In this document: in pieces, positions 1 to 12,400 of the stretch
How the letters are laid out: each line of letters starts with the position of its first letter
Position numbering within the stretch: the stretch's first letter is position 1
Source of the DNA: Mobula birostris
Lineage: Eukaryota
Direction: 5' to 3'
Assembly: GCF_030028105.1 (NCBI RefSeq)
Contig: NC_092390.1
Location: 18,016,072-18,080,071 of the forward strand
DNA length: 64,000 bases
Position numbers and translations under genes: made by a program
The notes under the pieces: model-generated
What the model was told of the DNA's origin: nothing
Databases searched by the model: none
The model's input: only the letters and a program-made list of their open reading frames with translations

Positions 1-205
1 AAGTTTTTTACGCAGAGAGCGGTGGGTGCGTGGAATGGGTTGCTGGCGGCGGTGGTGGAGGCAGAAACAATAGGGTCTTTTAAGAGACTCCTGGATGGCT
101 ACGTGGAGCTTAGAAGAATAGAGGGCTATGGGTAAAGCCTAGGTAGTTCTAAGGTAGGGACATGTTCGGCTGAAGGGCCTGTATTGTGCTGTATGTTTTC
201 TATGT
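1..205 (+). mobile_element. CR1-type LINE 3' end
   Basis: FFTQRxVGAWNGL-type C-terminal coding remnant and the typical 3' tail (gaagggcctgtattgtgctgta...ttctatgt). Confidence 0.8.
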
Positions 206-254
206 AATTTCAAGCATTGTCTAATCTGTTGTGCTGTGTGTTCTGTTTTACAAG

Positions 255-408
255 CAAGCAGATGCCTTGTACAACACCATGCTGAAACGGTTCCGTCAGG
301 AGAGCGCCGTTTGGCTGAGCTATGCTGCCTTCCTCATGAAGCAGGGGCGCGGCGAGGGCAGCCATACCCTACTGCAGAGAGCTCTCAAATGTCTACCAAA
401 GAAAGAGC
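255..408 (+). CDS. PDCD11: PDCD11 (RRP5 homolog) antepenultimate coding exon, HAT-repeat region
   Basis: Translates [51 protein letters not shown], matching the recalled human PDCD11 C-terminus ([20 protein letters not shown]...LQRALECLPSKE). Acceptor ttttacaag| and donor c|gtaagt (phase 1). Confidence 0.95.
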
Positions 409-494
409 GTAAGTTGGAGTTGGTGTGGGAAAAGGGTGTAAATCATACTTGGCTGCATTTCATCAGTTCCTGTTTGCCAAAGCTCCTAACAATC

Positions 495-650
495 CTGCTG
501 GAAGAATGCAGCAGGTCAGGCAGCATCTATGAAGATGAACATTTTTGGCTGGGACTCTCTGAAACTTCACCTGTTTATTCCTCCTCCTGATCTGCTGAGT
601 TCCTCCAGAATTTTGTAATTTGCTCTGGATTTCCAGCATCTGCAGAACCT
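495..650. mobile_element. Fold-back short element derived from a Penelope-like tail
   Basis: gctggaagaatgcagcaggtcaggcagcatc followed by its approximate reverse complement cctgatctgctgagttcctccag...ttccagcatctgcag. Confidence 0.6.
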
Positions 651-1009
651 CTTGCACTCCCAACAGTCCTGTCCAGGGAGCTGCCAATGCATGGTTGAAG
701 TTCTGTGGTTCCTTGTCTGCTGCATTGGGATGGGCTTCAGTTATTGTTTTCCACCACTTGTCAGAGGTCTTAATAAGGAGACATCATTTATCTCCTGAAC
801 CAGCTGCTTCAGGCGATCAGACACTGACCGATTACATCTCAAACATCACTCCTTTCCCTCTTCCAGCAAAACTGATCATCCAGAGATAGCCCACTAAACC
901 TCTGGACTTTGAGAGTGAGAGTCTTTCTTTTCCACTTTGTGTATGAAAACTTCCTGTAATTTTCTTCCTTCCCACTGGCCAGGCTGGTGTGAGCTGAGTA
1001 TCTTAAAGA

Positions 1010-1440
1010 TTAAAGCTTATTTTTATTTGTCTCCTATACATCAAGATGTGTTATTTGCATCCTAGGACATGTTGGGGTAAGTCCACAAGTGTTGCCATTC
1101 TTCTGGTACCAATATAGCATCCCCACAACTCACTAACCCTTACCTGTACGTATTTGGACTGTGGTAGGAAACCAGAGTAACCTCCTCTGACATCTTCCCT
1201 ATATATACTTCCCTCCAATCACCTTAAAATTATGCCTCCTCATATTAACCATTTCCACCCTGGTAAAAAGCCTCTGGCTGGCCACTCAATCTGGGCTACT
1301 TATCATCTTTTATATCTCTATTGAGTTGTCTCTCATCCTCCTTTGTTCAAAAGGGAAAATCCCTAGCTTGCTCAATCTGTCCTCAAAGACATGCTCTCTA
1401 GTCCAGGCAGCATCCTGGTAACTGTCCCCTGCACCCTCGT
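1010..1440 (-). mobile_element. SINE remnant plus CR1 fragment in a PDCD11 intron
   Basis: Recurrent CR1 3'-region sequence in antisense (ctcatcctcctttg...ctagcttgctcaa...ccaggcagcatcctggta). Confidence 0.6.
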
Positions 1441-1507
1441 GCAGTGTGCCTTGTTCCAGTTTCCATACCTGGTCCTCGCCTTACCATCCCTTCCTCTGCC
1501 GTTTCAG

Positions 1508-1673
1508 ATGTTGACGTCATTGTCAAGTTTGCACAGCTGGATTTCCGACTGGGTGATGCGGAGCGGGCGAAGGCTCTGTTTGAGAACACGTTGAGCAGTT
1601 ACCCGAAGCGCACCGACCTGTGGTCAGTCTACATCGACATGCTGGTGAAGTTTGGCAGCCAGGAGGAAGTGAG
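1508..1673 (+). CDS. PDCD11: PDCD11 penultimate coding exon
   Basis: (H)[54 protein letters not shown](R). Acceptor gtttcag| and donor ag|gtgggt; phases match both flanking exons. Confidence 0.96.
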
Positions 1674-2329
1674 GTGGGTTGGACTTGCTCAAAACAACAC
1701 ACAAAAAATGCTGGAGGAACTCGGCAGGCCAGGCAGCATCTGTGGAAAAGACTACAGTCAACGTTTTGAACTGAGATCCTTCAGCTGGTCCTCTCGGTCC
1801 TAGTCCAGCAGGTTAAACTCCCGGTCGCTCCCACACCCTGAGGCTTCAGCTGCCCCTCACCTTGTATTTCTTCATCCTGTTCCTCCCCACCCCGACACTG
1901 GGTCAGGGAGAGCAGTGAATGGTCTCTCCCCAAACCTTCTGACTGTGTTCCAGTTCTGTGGGGTTTGCCCACAGGGTGCCAGGTCTCTCTTGGCTGACCC
2001 TTAGTCTGACAGGTTGAACACATTGGCACTACCCAGGCCTGTTGCATAGTTCAGGGACAAACCAGGATCTGGTGTGCAGCCCTTTTCACAGAGCACGGTC
2101 AGCTTCAGCACCTGCTTACCAACAGCGTCGACTGATCAGACCCATCTCCGGCTCAGTACTGCGAACCCTCCCCAACTGTTCCCGTCTTTGGACCGGACGA
2201 TCTCCTGCTCTCCACCCCCTCCCAATTGTCCGAGGAAGAAAACAATACATCCCCTCCTCAACTGCTGCTATCCTCTGACAACACACTGTCTCCAGCCCCC
2301 TGCTCTCAAAGATTAGAACAGTGTTGGAG

Positions 2330-2880
2330 TGGCCATAGAGTATTACAGCAGAGAAACAGGCCCTTCAGCCTGTTTACCACACTAAAGTATTCTGTATAGT
2401 CCCATCAACTTACACCTGGACCCTACCCCTCCATCCATGTACCTATCCAAACCATTTAAATGTTGGAATCAAAACTACATCCACCACTTCCGCTGGCTGC
2501 TTGTTCTACACGCACACCACCCTCTGAGTGAAGAAGTTCCTGCCTGGGTTCCCCTTAAACATTTCACCTTTCACTCTAAACCTATGACCTCTCGTTCTAG
2601 TTCTGGAAAAAAAAACACCTTGCTTTTGCCCTATCTGTACCCCTCATAATTTCATATACTTTGGCTCTATCATATCTCCCCTCATTCTCCTACGCTTCCA
2701 GGAATATATCCTGACCTGTTCAGCCTTTCCGTATAACTCAAATCCCAGCAACATCCTTGTAAATTTTCTGTAACGTTTTCTGATATCTTTCCCGTAGGTA
2801 GGTGACCAGAAATGCACACATTGTTTCAAATTTGGATTCACCAACATCTTGTACAACTTCAGCTTAACATCCCAACAGCC
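2330..2880 (-). mobile_element. CR1 LINE 3' fragment
   Basis: Minus strand translates LKLYKMLVNPNLKQCVHFWSPTYGKD...RRRMRGDMIE (CR1 RT C-terminal motif LVRPHLEYCVQFWSP). Confidence 0.85.
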
Positions 2881-2969
2881 GGCCACTAAAGTACGCCAGT
2901 GTCTCCGAGATTGGAAAACCTGTGGCCTCTGAGTACAGACTGACATCCTTTCTCCCTCCTGTCCCGTAG

Positions 2970-3141
2970 GCACCTCCTGGACAGAGCTGTGAGCCTCAAG
3001 GCAGCTCCTAAGAAGATCAAGTTTTTCTTCAAGCGCTACCTGGACTATGAGAAGAAGCACGGGAATGCAGAGCGCATACAGGCGGTGAAGGACAAGGCGC
3101 TCGCCTATGTGCAATCAAAGACCTCTTTGGAGGGCAGTTAG
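2970..3141 (+). CDS. PDCD11: PDCD11 last coding exon
   Basis: (R)HLLDRAVSLKAAPKKIKFFFKRYLDYEKKHGNAERIQAVKDKALAYVQSKTSLEGS*. The KFFFKRYLDYEK motif is typical of RRP5. Acceptor tcccgtag|; TAG at 3139-3141. Confidence 0.96.
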
Positions 3142-3644
3142 CCAGCTCTGCTGCCTGCCTCTTGTACAGTGGACTATGGGTGGTGGGAGAGAGGGGCCAG
3201 ATCTATGAGGTGGAGGCTCCGGGAGGGCGGTGAAGCTTCCTCAATACTCTGCCTCCTCAGCTATTCTTCTGTGCCCCCTCCCGCTGATGGGCCGCAGCTC
3301 AGTCGTGGGTGGGGGGGGTGGGGGGGACGTATGAAGCCTGCTTCAGTGGTGATCAGGGCTGCAGGAACCTGTGGCAAGTGCCGCAGTGCTGGTGTGGCTG
3401 GTCACCCTCACTCCTCAGTGGGGAGGTGCTTCCTGGAGTGGTACCAAGCCATCAGCCTGGGCTAGAAGCTTCAGATGGGGCTGAGTGGACCACCGACTCA
3501 GCCCTTGAGGGGGCACCAGGGTGCAGTGTGAGTCTGTTCACCTTCCCCACAGCAGCTCCATGTGTACAGAGCAAAGAGCTCGAACCACAAGAAACCGAGG
3601 GTCAGGAACACAATATGGGGGTGGCCTTCCAGCCAAGGGATTGT

Positions 3645-3650
3645 AATAAA
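3645..3650 (+). terminator. Probable PDCD11 polyadenylation signal (AATAAA)
   Basis: AATAAA about 500 nt after the stop codon, followed by GT/T-rich sequence (gttttgtggttttt). Confidence 0.7.
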
Positions 3651-3968
3651 GCTGATGTTTTGTGGTTTTTAAGGTTGTCTGTCTGCAGTGAGTGTCTGTC
3701 TAGGACCATAGAAAGCACAGAATTAGGCCATTCGCCCATTGAGTCTGCTTCGCCATTCTGTCATGGCTGATTTATTATGCCTCTCAGCCCAGTTCTCTGC
3801 CTTCTCCCTGTAACCTTTGACAACATTACTAATCAAGAACCTATCAATATCTGCTTTACATATACCAATGACTTCAGAATCAGGTTTGTTATCACAAGCA
3901 TATGCTGTGAAATTTATTAGCTTAGCGGCAGCTTTTCAATGCATTACAGATTAAGTAAATCAATTACA

Positions 3969-3979
3969 GTGTGTGTGTG

Positions 3980-4027
<48 letters not shown>

Positions 4028-4040
4028 CACATACACACAT
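3969..4040. repeat. Compound (GT)n/(AT)n/(AC)n microsatellite
   Basis: Directly visible. Confidence 0.95.
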
Positions 4041-4089
4041 ACTGTATATGTTAAATTTAATAAGTGCAAGAACAGAAATAGTAAAAGTG

Positions 4090-4890
4090 AGGTAGTGTTT
4101 ATGGGTTCAATATCCATTCAGAAATCAGACAGCAGAGGAGAAGAAGCTGTTCCTGAATCACTGAGTGTGTGTGTTCAGGCTCTGTACCTCCTTGCTGAGG
4201 GTAACAATGAGAAGAGGGCATGTCCCAGGTGATGGGGGTCCTTAATGGTGCACATCAGCTTTCTGAAGCACTGCTCCTTGAAGATGTCTTGGATGCTACG
4301 GAAGATGGTAATGATGGAGCCAACTAATCTTACATAGCTTCTTTTGATCCTGTGCAGTCTCTCCCCCCTCCCCCCCCCCCCCCCCCCCCATTCCAGACAG
4401 TGATGCAGCCTCTCAGAATGTTCTACGGTACATTTGTAGAAATTTTTTGAGTGTCTTGGATGACAAATCAATCTCCTCAAACTCGTAATGAAACATAGCT
4501 GCTGTCTTGCCTTCTTTATAGCTGCATTGATATGTTGGGACCAGGTTAGAGCCTCAGAAATCTTGACACCCTGGAACTTGAATTTGCTCACTCTCTCCAC
4601 TTCTGATCCCTCTGTGAGGATTGGTTCATGTTCCCTTGACCTACCTTTTCTAAAGTCCACAATCAGCTCTTTGGTCTTACTGATATTGAGAGCAAGGTTG
4701 TTACTGTGACACCACTCAACTAGCTGGTATATCTCGCTCCTGTATGCCTTCTCTACTCTCTAAGATTCTGCCAACACTAACTGTATCATCAGCAAATGTA
4801 TAGATGCCATTTGGGCTGTGCCTGGCCACACAGTCATGGGTACAGAGAGAGCAAAGCAGTGGGTTAAGCACACGCCCCTGAGACTACACC
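4090..4890 (-). mobile_element. Rex1/Babar-type LINE fragment
   Basis: VDFRK...VERVSKFKFQGVKISEALTWSQHI...KKARQQLCF...IKDPHHLGHALFSLLPSARRYR. Confidence 0.85.
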
Positions 4891-5734
4891 TCCACACTCC
4901 CCACTGCTACAGCTGCAGACTGATGTGAGGTAATGCATTTGTCTCACTGTGACCAGAATCTCGTGGGATCTTGTTGTGACTACTCTGCACCAGCAGTAAG
5001 ACTCCACATCACTTCCCCCACCTCTGCCTATTCTTCAGAGAAGAGCAAGAGGTGCTGAGGTGTTGTCGATGTGTGAGCAGTGGAACGAGCTCCGTCATCT
5101 CAGTGTTTATTTGTCACGTACGTCAAAACATCGGAGGACGATGAAGTGCATTGTTTGCACCAGTGACCAACTCAGTCTGAGGATTTCTCACCACGATTCT
5201 GGCACCAACATAACATGCCCACAACTCATTAACCCACACACCTTTCAAATGGAGAAGCAAACCACAGCATCACCTGGAGGAAATCCACGTGGTCACAGGG
5301 AGGACGTACAGACTGCGGCGGGAACTCAGCCTGGGTCACTGGTGCTGCGATAGCATTACCCTGCTGTGCTGCACCCAGGGCTCACCGGCCGGCCTACCAA
5401 CCAGACTGGATAGCTGTCTCAGCAAGTCCACTGGGCCCTCACAGTACCAACATCCGAGCTGAAACTCCCAGTGCAAGGACCAGGCACGCGCACAGTTGAC
5501 ACCAGCCCATTGCTCTCCCTGCTGCACCAGTCTGGAGGCTGCTGCGTCTTTCTGGAGCGATTATTCTGCTGCTGTTGTGGGAATTGGTGTCTGGTCCCAG
5601 CCTTTACTGAGTAACTGATGGTGCTGACTCCACAGACTGGCGTAGTACAGGTAATAAGTTATAAACGTGTCTCCCAGTGCTGACTGTGCAAAAGGAAAGC
5701 GTTCACAGGGCCACTGTGGTTCAGACCCATGATA

Positions 5735-7690
5735 GACACATGGAAACATAGAAAATAGGTGCAGGAGTAGGCCATTCGGCCCTTCGAGCCTGCACCGCCA
5801 TTCAGTATGATCATGGCTGATCATCCAACTCAGAACCCTGTACCAGCCTTCCCTCCATACCCCCCCCCCGATCCCTTTAGCCACAAGGGCCATATCTAAC
5901 TCCCTCTTAAATATAGCCAATGAACTGGCCTCAACTGTTTCCTGTGGCAGAGAATTCCACAGATTCACCACTCTCTGTGTGAAGAGTTTTTCCTAATCTC
6001 GGTCCTAAAAGGCTTCCCCTTTGTCCTCAAACTGTGACCCCTCGTTGTGGACACATAACAACTTCTGCAGTTATAAGGTATGTACTCCCAAGGTGCTCCA
6101 AGGGATTCTGTGATCCTTAGTGCTGCTGCGGTGTGGGTGAAACAGATTCTGATTTATTCGTCACATGTACATCGAAACATACAATGAGATGCATTGTTTG
6201 TGTTAACAAGTAACACACTTGATGATGTACTGGGCATAGAACAAACTCTTCAGCCCATGATGTTCTGTCAGTGTTATAATCTACTCGAAGATCAATCTAA
6301 CCCTTATCACCCTCTATCATCCGTGAGCATTGATGGCTCTGGGCCTATACTCGCTGGAGTTTAGAAGAATGGGGGGGGGGCGGTTCTCCAAAACCTATCC
6401 TATATTAAAAGTAGACATGGAGAGAATGTTTCCTATAGTGCAGAAGTCTGGGATCAGAAGTCACAGCCTCAGAATACAAGATGATCCTTTGGAACAAATA
6501 TGGGGATTTTTCTTTAGCCAAAGGGTGGCAAATCTTTTGAATCCATTGTCACAGGCTGCGGTGGAGGCCAAGTCATTGGGTAGATTTCAAGCAGAGGTGA
6601 ATGGGTTCTGAATTAATAGGGTGTTAAAGGTTACAGGGAGAAGGTGGGAGAATAGGGTTTGGATGGGATCATAAATATGAATGGTGGAGCAGATGATGGG
6701 ACGAATGGCCTAATTCTGCTTCTATTTCTTATGGTACATTTCTTAAAAGAATTTCAGCAGATTTAGCAGGTTGACTTTGGCCTATTTTATTATGTGCCTC
6801 CAAGTACCTACCCTGAAACCTGATCGTTAATACTTCAACATCTGGAGTCAGGCTAAATGGCCAATAATTTCCTTTCTTTGGCCTCCCTCCCTTAGAGTGG
6901 AGCGACATTGGTAATTTTCCAGTCCTCCATAATCTAGTAATTCGTGAAGGATCATTATTAATGCCTCCACAATCTCTTCAGCTGTCTCTTTTAGAACCCT
7001 GGGTGTAGTCTATCTGGTCCAGGTGACTTACCTACTTACAGTCTTTTCAGCTTCCCAAGCACCTTCTTAATAATAGCAATGGCACTCACTTCTGCCCCCT
7101 ATCACTCGCATTTCTGACATTTTGCTAGTGTCTTCCACAGTGAAAACTGACGCAAAATACCCATTAAGTTCGTCCGCCATTTTGTTGTCCCCCATTACGA
7201 CCTCTCCAGTGGTCTGAAATCCACTGCTGTCTCTCATTCACCCTTCATGTTTCTGGAAAAAAAACTTTTTGCATCCTCATATTATTGGTTAGATTTCCTT
7301 CATATTTCATTTTTTCTCTCAACGGTTTTGAAATACTTTCTGTTAGTTTTTAAAATCCTCTACCTTCCCACAAATATTTGCAATTTTATATGCCCTCTTT
7401 TTTTTTTTGCTGTCTTTGACTCCCCTTGTCAGGCATGGTCGCCTCGTCCTCCGTTTAGAGTACTTTATCTTCGGGAATTTCCAAACTTCCCTCAGAAACA
7501 CCTGCTATTGTTGTCCAGCCATCATCTCGGTTAATGTTCCTTTCCTATCAACTTTGGCCAGATCCCCTCTCGTGTTTCTGTAATTCCCTTTACTCCACTC
7601 TAATACTGTTAGATCTGATTTTGGCTTCGGCTTCTCAAACTGCAGGGTGAATTCTATCATATTATGATCACTGCCTGCTAAGAGTTCTCT
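5735..7690. mobile_element. Cluster of CR1 fragments in both orientations (5735-6050 -, 6325-6735 +, 6745-7690 -)
   Basis: VNLWNSLPQETVEA, LGLYSLEFRRMGG, the typical 3' hairpin tail (gaatggcct...ctcctgc), and decayed internal ORF2 sequence. Confidence 0.8.
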
Positions 7691-8394
7691 AAGAGCGCTA
7701 CAAGATCATCTACTTTATTCCATATACCGTGTGCATTCAAATATGACACCTTCAATCCTGTATTCGACATCCTTTGGAATTTGGTCAACTGTTACACTCA
7801 TCCCACTGACTGCATTTTTGCCTGATCAACTGCCCCATTCTTAACCCAAGCACTCTAGTTTGCATCCCCCCACCCCAGCATTGTGGCTGGTGGAGGAGCC
7901 TTCAGTGCTCACTGCCCCTGACCTGTTCTTCTATCCCTGCTCATGGGCTGTCTGTCCCACTCCCATCTGGGAGGAAGCTACACAGCATTCACACGAGGAC
8001 CACCAGACTCTCCATCACTTTCCCCAAGCAATAAGGCTGATCCCCCCACTACATTATCATTTCCTGTCAGTCACCGTATGTGCAGACACTCGTGTACCTA
8101 GCGTTACTTTATTGGACAGACAATCAATCTATGTATATAGCTATTCTAAGTATTTACTTTTATTGTGTCCTTTATTGTATTTTTGTTTTGTGTGCTGCAT
8201 TGGATCCAGAGTAACAATTATTTTCGTCTCCTTTACACTTGTGTACTCGTGAAAGAATACTAAGCAACTTTAGATCTACAATCTGTACCTGGTATTTATC
8301 TTGTTGGGCCATTTGTGTTTAATTGTGATCCTCACCTGGATCTGGCTCAAAGGTAATGGACTTGATGCCGAAAAAGGCATTGAATCAGTTGTAG

Positions 8395-9347
8395 CAGTGG
8401 TTTCAAAACTCTTTTGGGTTACCGTCTCCTTGGCTATTAGACTAGACCACAGCTCCAGCGACCACCCCTTCTTCCACCCCCCCACCCCTTTCTGACCATT
8501 ACATAAAAACTATAAATCAATATTATTTATGATGCACAGCCTCAGAGCTGCTCAGAAATTGGAAATTGCACTTGAATAACTCGAACAAAAATGTAGAGAC
8601 GACTGAATTTGAGTCTTCAAAGAATTTTATCACAGTTTCAAAAAGTGTATAAAAGTATTTCAGGCAGTTTCCTTTTGAGAACCATCTGACTTTGTTATTC
8701 ATCATTTTCAATACAAATATCTCAAAATAGTTGAGAATCGAGAGCGTGGGACTTGATTTTATTTATTGCTGTGATAACAGCTATTTATGATTTGTGTAGT
8801 CGATCACTTTGGGTTTACTGTCTGTTAGGTGCAGCTTATGTTTCAAGAAAGTAACAGCCCATGGTGGTATCCCGTCATTGGTGCCCCATTTGTTGCACAA
8901 GAAAGAATGTTTGTGAGCACAGTGTCCTATTTGGAGAATTTGTCAAGAATCCGAAATATTGGCTTCTCCTTCGTATCTGTTTGTAGTCCCCTTGCACATA
9001 TCAACTCTTGATCCATGCCTTCATTTTTAATGAAGCAAACATAGCAAGAAGCAAAGATTTGTCACCTGGTCGAATTGATTTATCCTACTGCACATTCTCG
9101 AGACATTTCATCTAAATGTCTTTGAACCAACCCGTCACCGAGCAGAATCACTTTATTATTTGGTTTGGTGGCTTAAACAAATTGTACTCAGAACCTCCCT
9201 TACTGCTGGCAGAATCAGTCCTCCAATTGTGTGGGGCTTTTCAGATTTGGCAATGAGTAATGAAATGCTGTAATTTTTACTCAGGGGTTCCCCTAGGCCT
9301 GAAAATCATTTCAAAGGTTTCTCCAGGGCAAAGAAGTTGAGAACAGT
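8395..9347 (-). mobile_element. Decayed, internally deleted hAT (Charlie/Buster, ZBED8/SCAND3-like) DNA transposon
   Basis: Minus-strand transposase motifs KPHTIGGLILPA, CATNGAPM and VRWFSKGNCL...FETVIKFF. The ends cagtggtttcaa and ttgagaacagt resemble hAT TIRs. Confidence 0.7.
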
Positions 9348-10379
9348 ATTACAGTACTACGTGAATACATTACGGAAATCATACGGGAATGGTGTGTGGG
9401 CCGGGCCCAGAAATAGCACTAAGTGCTATACTGCGCTTTTTTTTAGATTTTGGATTAGATTAGATTATGAGGACATGCAGTCCTCTTTTATTGTCATTTA
9501 GTAATGCATGCATTAAGAAATGATACAATATTCCTCCGGTGTGATATCACAGAAACTCAGGACAGACCAAGACTGGAAAAACTGACAAAAACCACATAAT
9601 TGTAACATATAGTTACAACAGTGCAAGCAATACCAAGGCTGAGAGAACGGTGGGTTAGCAAGAGATGAGGTGATTGCGTGATCATTGTGATCATTTATGA
9701 GGCACTGATGATCAAATGCTTATAATAATTAATTTCTTAAATCAAGCCTGTAATCCATTGGCTCCCCCTTGTTACCCAGCGCAACTTCCTTCTCCCCCTT
9801 TATTGCTCCGTTAGAAACTCCCACCGTCTCGGGGGGGACGGGGGTGTTGAATACCGCCTACTTTGGAAACTACTGGGTTACAGCCGTACTTGTCAATCAC
9901 GGGGACGATCTGTTGCCAGGTTCTCCGGGTATTCCTCCACCTGAACTAGGTGTGGCCCAGGTCCTCAATGTATAAACCTCCAAGCAAAGGCTGGGGAATG
10001 TGGTTGTATCAGGCCGTGATCCTGGTTGAGGAGTCCGACTGTGTGGCCCCGATCTTCCCCAAACCTGCGCGTGTCCCAAAGCAAAACAGCGTCCACAGTG
10101 CTCCAAGCGGGCCACAGCTGGAGCCCTGGTGAAAGTCGGGCTGCCTGTGCGGGGCTCTGTGAGGAAGGGCTACGGATTAGACTCTCTTGTCATAGTCACA
10201 AAGACTGGAATCCCTTAAAACCCACTCAACAATTTGCTTTAAGGTGGCAAGTGGATGTCAACTGATAGATTTCTCTATAACTCAGGTGAACAACCTGAAT
10301 TGTAATCAAAATTGTAGACTAGATGTTCTGTTAGATCATTTTCCATAAGGTATAGAAAGCAAAATAGCGTGAGTATGAT

Positions 10380-10790
10380 CTTACCAGCGGGGACATCTAC
10401 AAGGAGCGCTGCCACGAGAAAACAGCGTCCGTCATCGAGGGCCCCCACCGGCCGGGCCACGCTCTCGTCTCGCTGCTTCCAACGGGCAGGTGGTACAGGA
10501 GTCGTAGGTCCCACAGCAGCAGGGTCAGAAGCAGTTTCTACCCCTCAACTACCAGGCTTCTGAACCAGTGTGGATAACTCGCCTCAACTCTGAACTGACT
10601 CCACAACCAATAGACTCGGTTTCAAAACCTCTACACCTCAAGCTCTCGGTATTTATTAATTTATTACTCTTTTTGTTACAGTTTGCCTTATTTTGCACAT
10701 TGGTTGTTTATCAGTCCTTGTGTGTCGTTTTTCATTGATTCTATTGTATTTCTTTATTCTACCGAGAATGCCTGCAAGAAAATGTTCTCC
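10380..10790 (+). mobile_element. Rex1-type LINE 3' fragment just downstream of CALHM1
   Basis: DIYKERCHEKTASVIE-type coding remnant and an AT-rich 3' tail shared with copies at 18850-19360 and elsewhere. Confidence 0.7.
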
Positions 10791-10898
10791 GGAGCCAAGC
10801 ACCTACTCCGCCTTCCCGGACGGGTTAGTGGCCAAACCAGGCACGGGGCAACAGTGAAGAAGTTTGTTTTCGCACCACGGAGGCCACACTCAGACACG

Positions 10899-11357
10899 TC
10901 ACACCTTGCTATAGAAGGCCACTTTCTCCCACCGGACTTGTCCCCAGTTGTTGAGCTTGGCGTCGGTCAGTTGCTTGGGCTGGGTGGTGGCAATGTTCAC
11001 GTTCAGCGGCGGTCTGCTGTTGTGCCAATTGCTCAGCAGTCTATTTATATTCTTACTGTCCGTGATGCCCAAGAGTTTGGGCTCTTCCTCCTCCTCCGTG
11101 CGGAGTCCCGGGGAGTGGGGAGGAGCACACCCCCTCCTCATCTCTCCTTGCATCTCCTCGAAGAACTGCTGGACACAGACCTTGGCGAAGTTCCTTGCGT
11201 GATCCCTGCAGGTTTCCTCAAAGAGCTTACGCTCGATGTCAATGTAATGAGACCAATACCTGGTCTTCAGGAAAACGACCTGGGTGAAGCACGGACGCAG
11301 GGCTCGGGCTAGAAACGCCAGGAAAGTGGTCAGCAGCAGGAAACACCAACCTAGGGT
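10899..11357 (-). CDS. CALHM1: CALHM1 exon 2 (TM4 and C-terminal helix)
   Basis: TLGWCFLLLTTFLAFLARALRPCFTQVVFLKTRYWSHYIDIERKLFEETC...AFYSKV*; human CALHM1 has YWSHYIDIERKLFDETC and ends ATYFSKV. Acceptor ctcgcccag|, phase 0. Confidence 0.95.
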   Translation of the reverse strand, partial: TLGWCFLLLTTFLAFLARALRPCFTQVVFLKTRYWSHYIDIERKLFEETCRDHARNFAKVCVQQFFEEMQGEMRRGCAPPHSPGLRTEEEEEPKLLGITDSKNINRLLSNWHNSRPPLNVNIATTQPKQLTDAKLNNWGQVRWEKVAFYSKV

Positions 11358-11409
11358 CTGGGCGAGAGGAGAGAGAGAGACACACACGTATACACCATCC
11401 CTGAATTAC

Positions 11410-12291
11410 CAGCTCCCTCTACACCGTCCCTCACACACTCCCGGACTCACGCACAGAGTGAAGCTCCATCCCACACTCCCGGGGACAGACATAGAGTGAA
11501 GCTCCATCTACACCGTCCTCGCACACTCCCAGAGTCAGGCACAGAATGAAGCTCCATCCCACACCCCCGGGCGCAGAGAGTGCAGCTCCCTCTACACCCT
11601 CCCTCACACACTCCCAGAGTCAGGCGCAGAGTGAAGTTCCATCTACACCGTCCCTCACACACTCCCGGAGGCAGGCACAGAATGAAGCTCCATCCCACAC
11701 TCTCGGGGACAGACACAGAGTGATGCTCCATCCCACACCCCCGGGGACAGAGAGTGAAGCTCCATCTACACCGTCTCTCACACACTCCCGGGGACAGACA
11801 CTGAGTGAAGTTCCTTCTAGATCTACGCCGTCCCATCACACACTTCTAGGGTCAGACACAGGGTGAAGCTCTGTCCACACCATCCCGTCACACACTCTCG
11901 GGATCAGACACAGGGTGAAGCTCTGTCCACACCATCTCTTCACACACTCTCGGGATCAGACACAGCGTGAAGCTTTGTCCACACCATCCCGTCACACACT
12001 CTTGGGGTCAGACACAGGGTTAAGCTCTGTTCACACCGTCCCGTCACACACTCTCGGGATCAGACACAGGGTGAAGCTCTGTCCACACCATCCCGTCACA
12101 CACTCTCGGGGTCAGACACAGGATTAAACTCTGTTCACACCATCCCGTCACACACTCTCGGGGTCAGACACAGGGTTACGCTCTGTTCGCACCGTCCCGT
12201 CACACACTCTCGGGATCAGACACAGGGTGAAGCTCCCTCTGCACTGTCCCATCATACATTCCTGGGGCCAGACACAGAATGAAGATCCCTC
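11410..12291. repeat. Minisatellite with about 52-bp units and shorter variants, filling the CALHM1 intron
   Basis: Unit cagacacagggtgaagctctgtccacaccatcccgtcacacactctcgggat; measured period 52 (11853 to 11905). Confidence 0.95.
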
Positions 12292-12400
12292 AACATCGTG
12301 AACACCTCCCCTATTGTCCCCGTTCTATCGCTCTTTTCTCGACCATCCCATCTCCGTATACCCCTCACTGCACTCCCTACCTCCGCCTGTCTTGTCTCAC

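Noticed and set aside
5336-5660. Unique-looking GC-balanced stretch as a possible CALHM2 remnant
   Set aside because: No CALHM motifs were recognisable in the frames I examined.
9770-10140. CGRCFALGH zinc-knuckle-like peptide, and a similar decayed Cys-rich region at 25860-26520
   Set aside because: Probably old retroelement ORF1/gag debris, but too degraded to classify with confidence.
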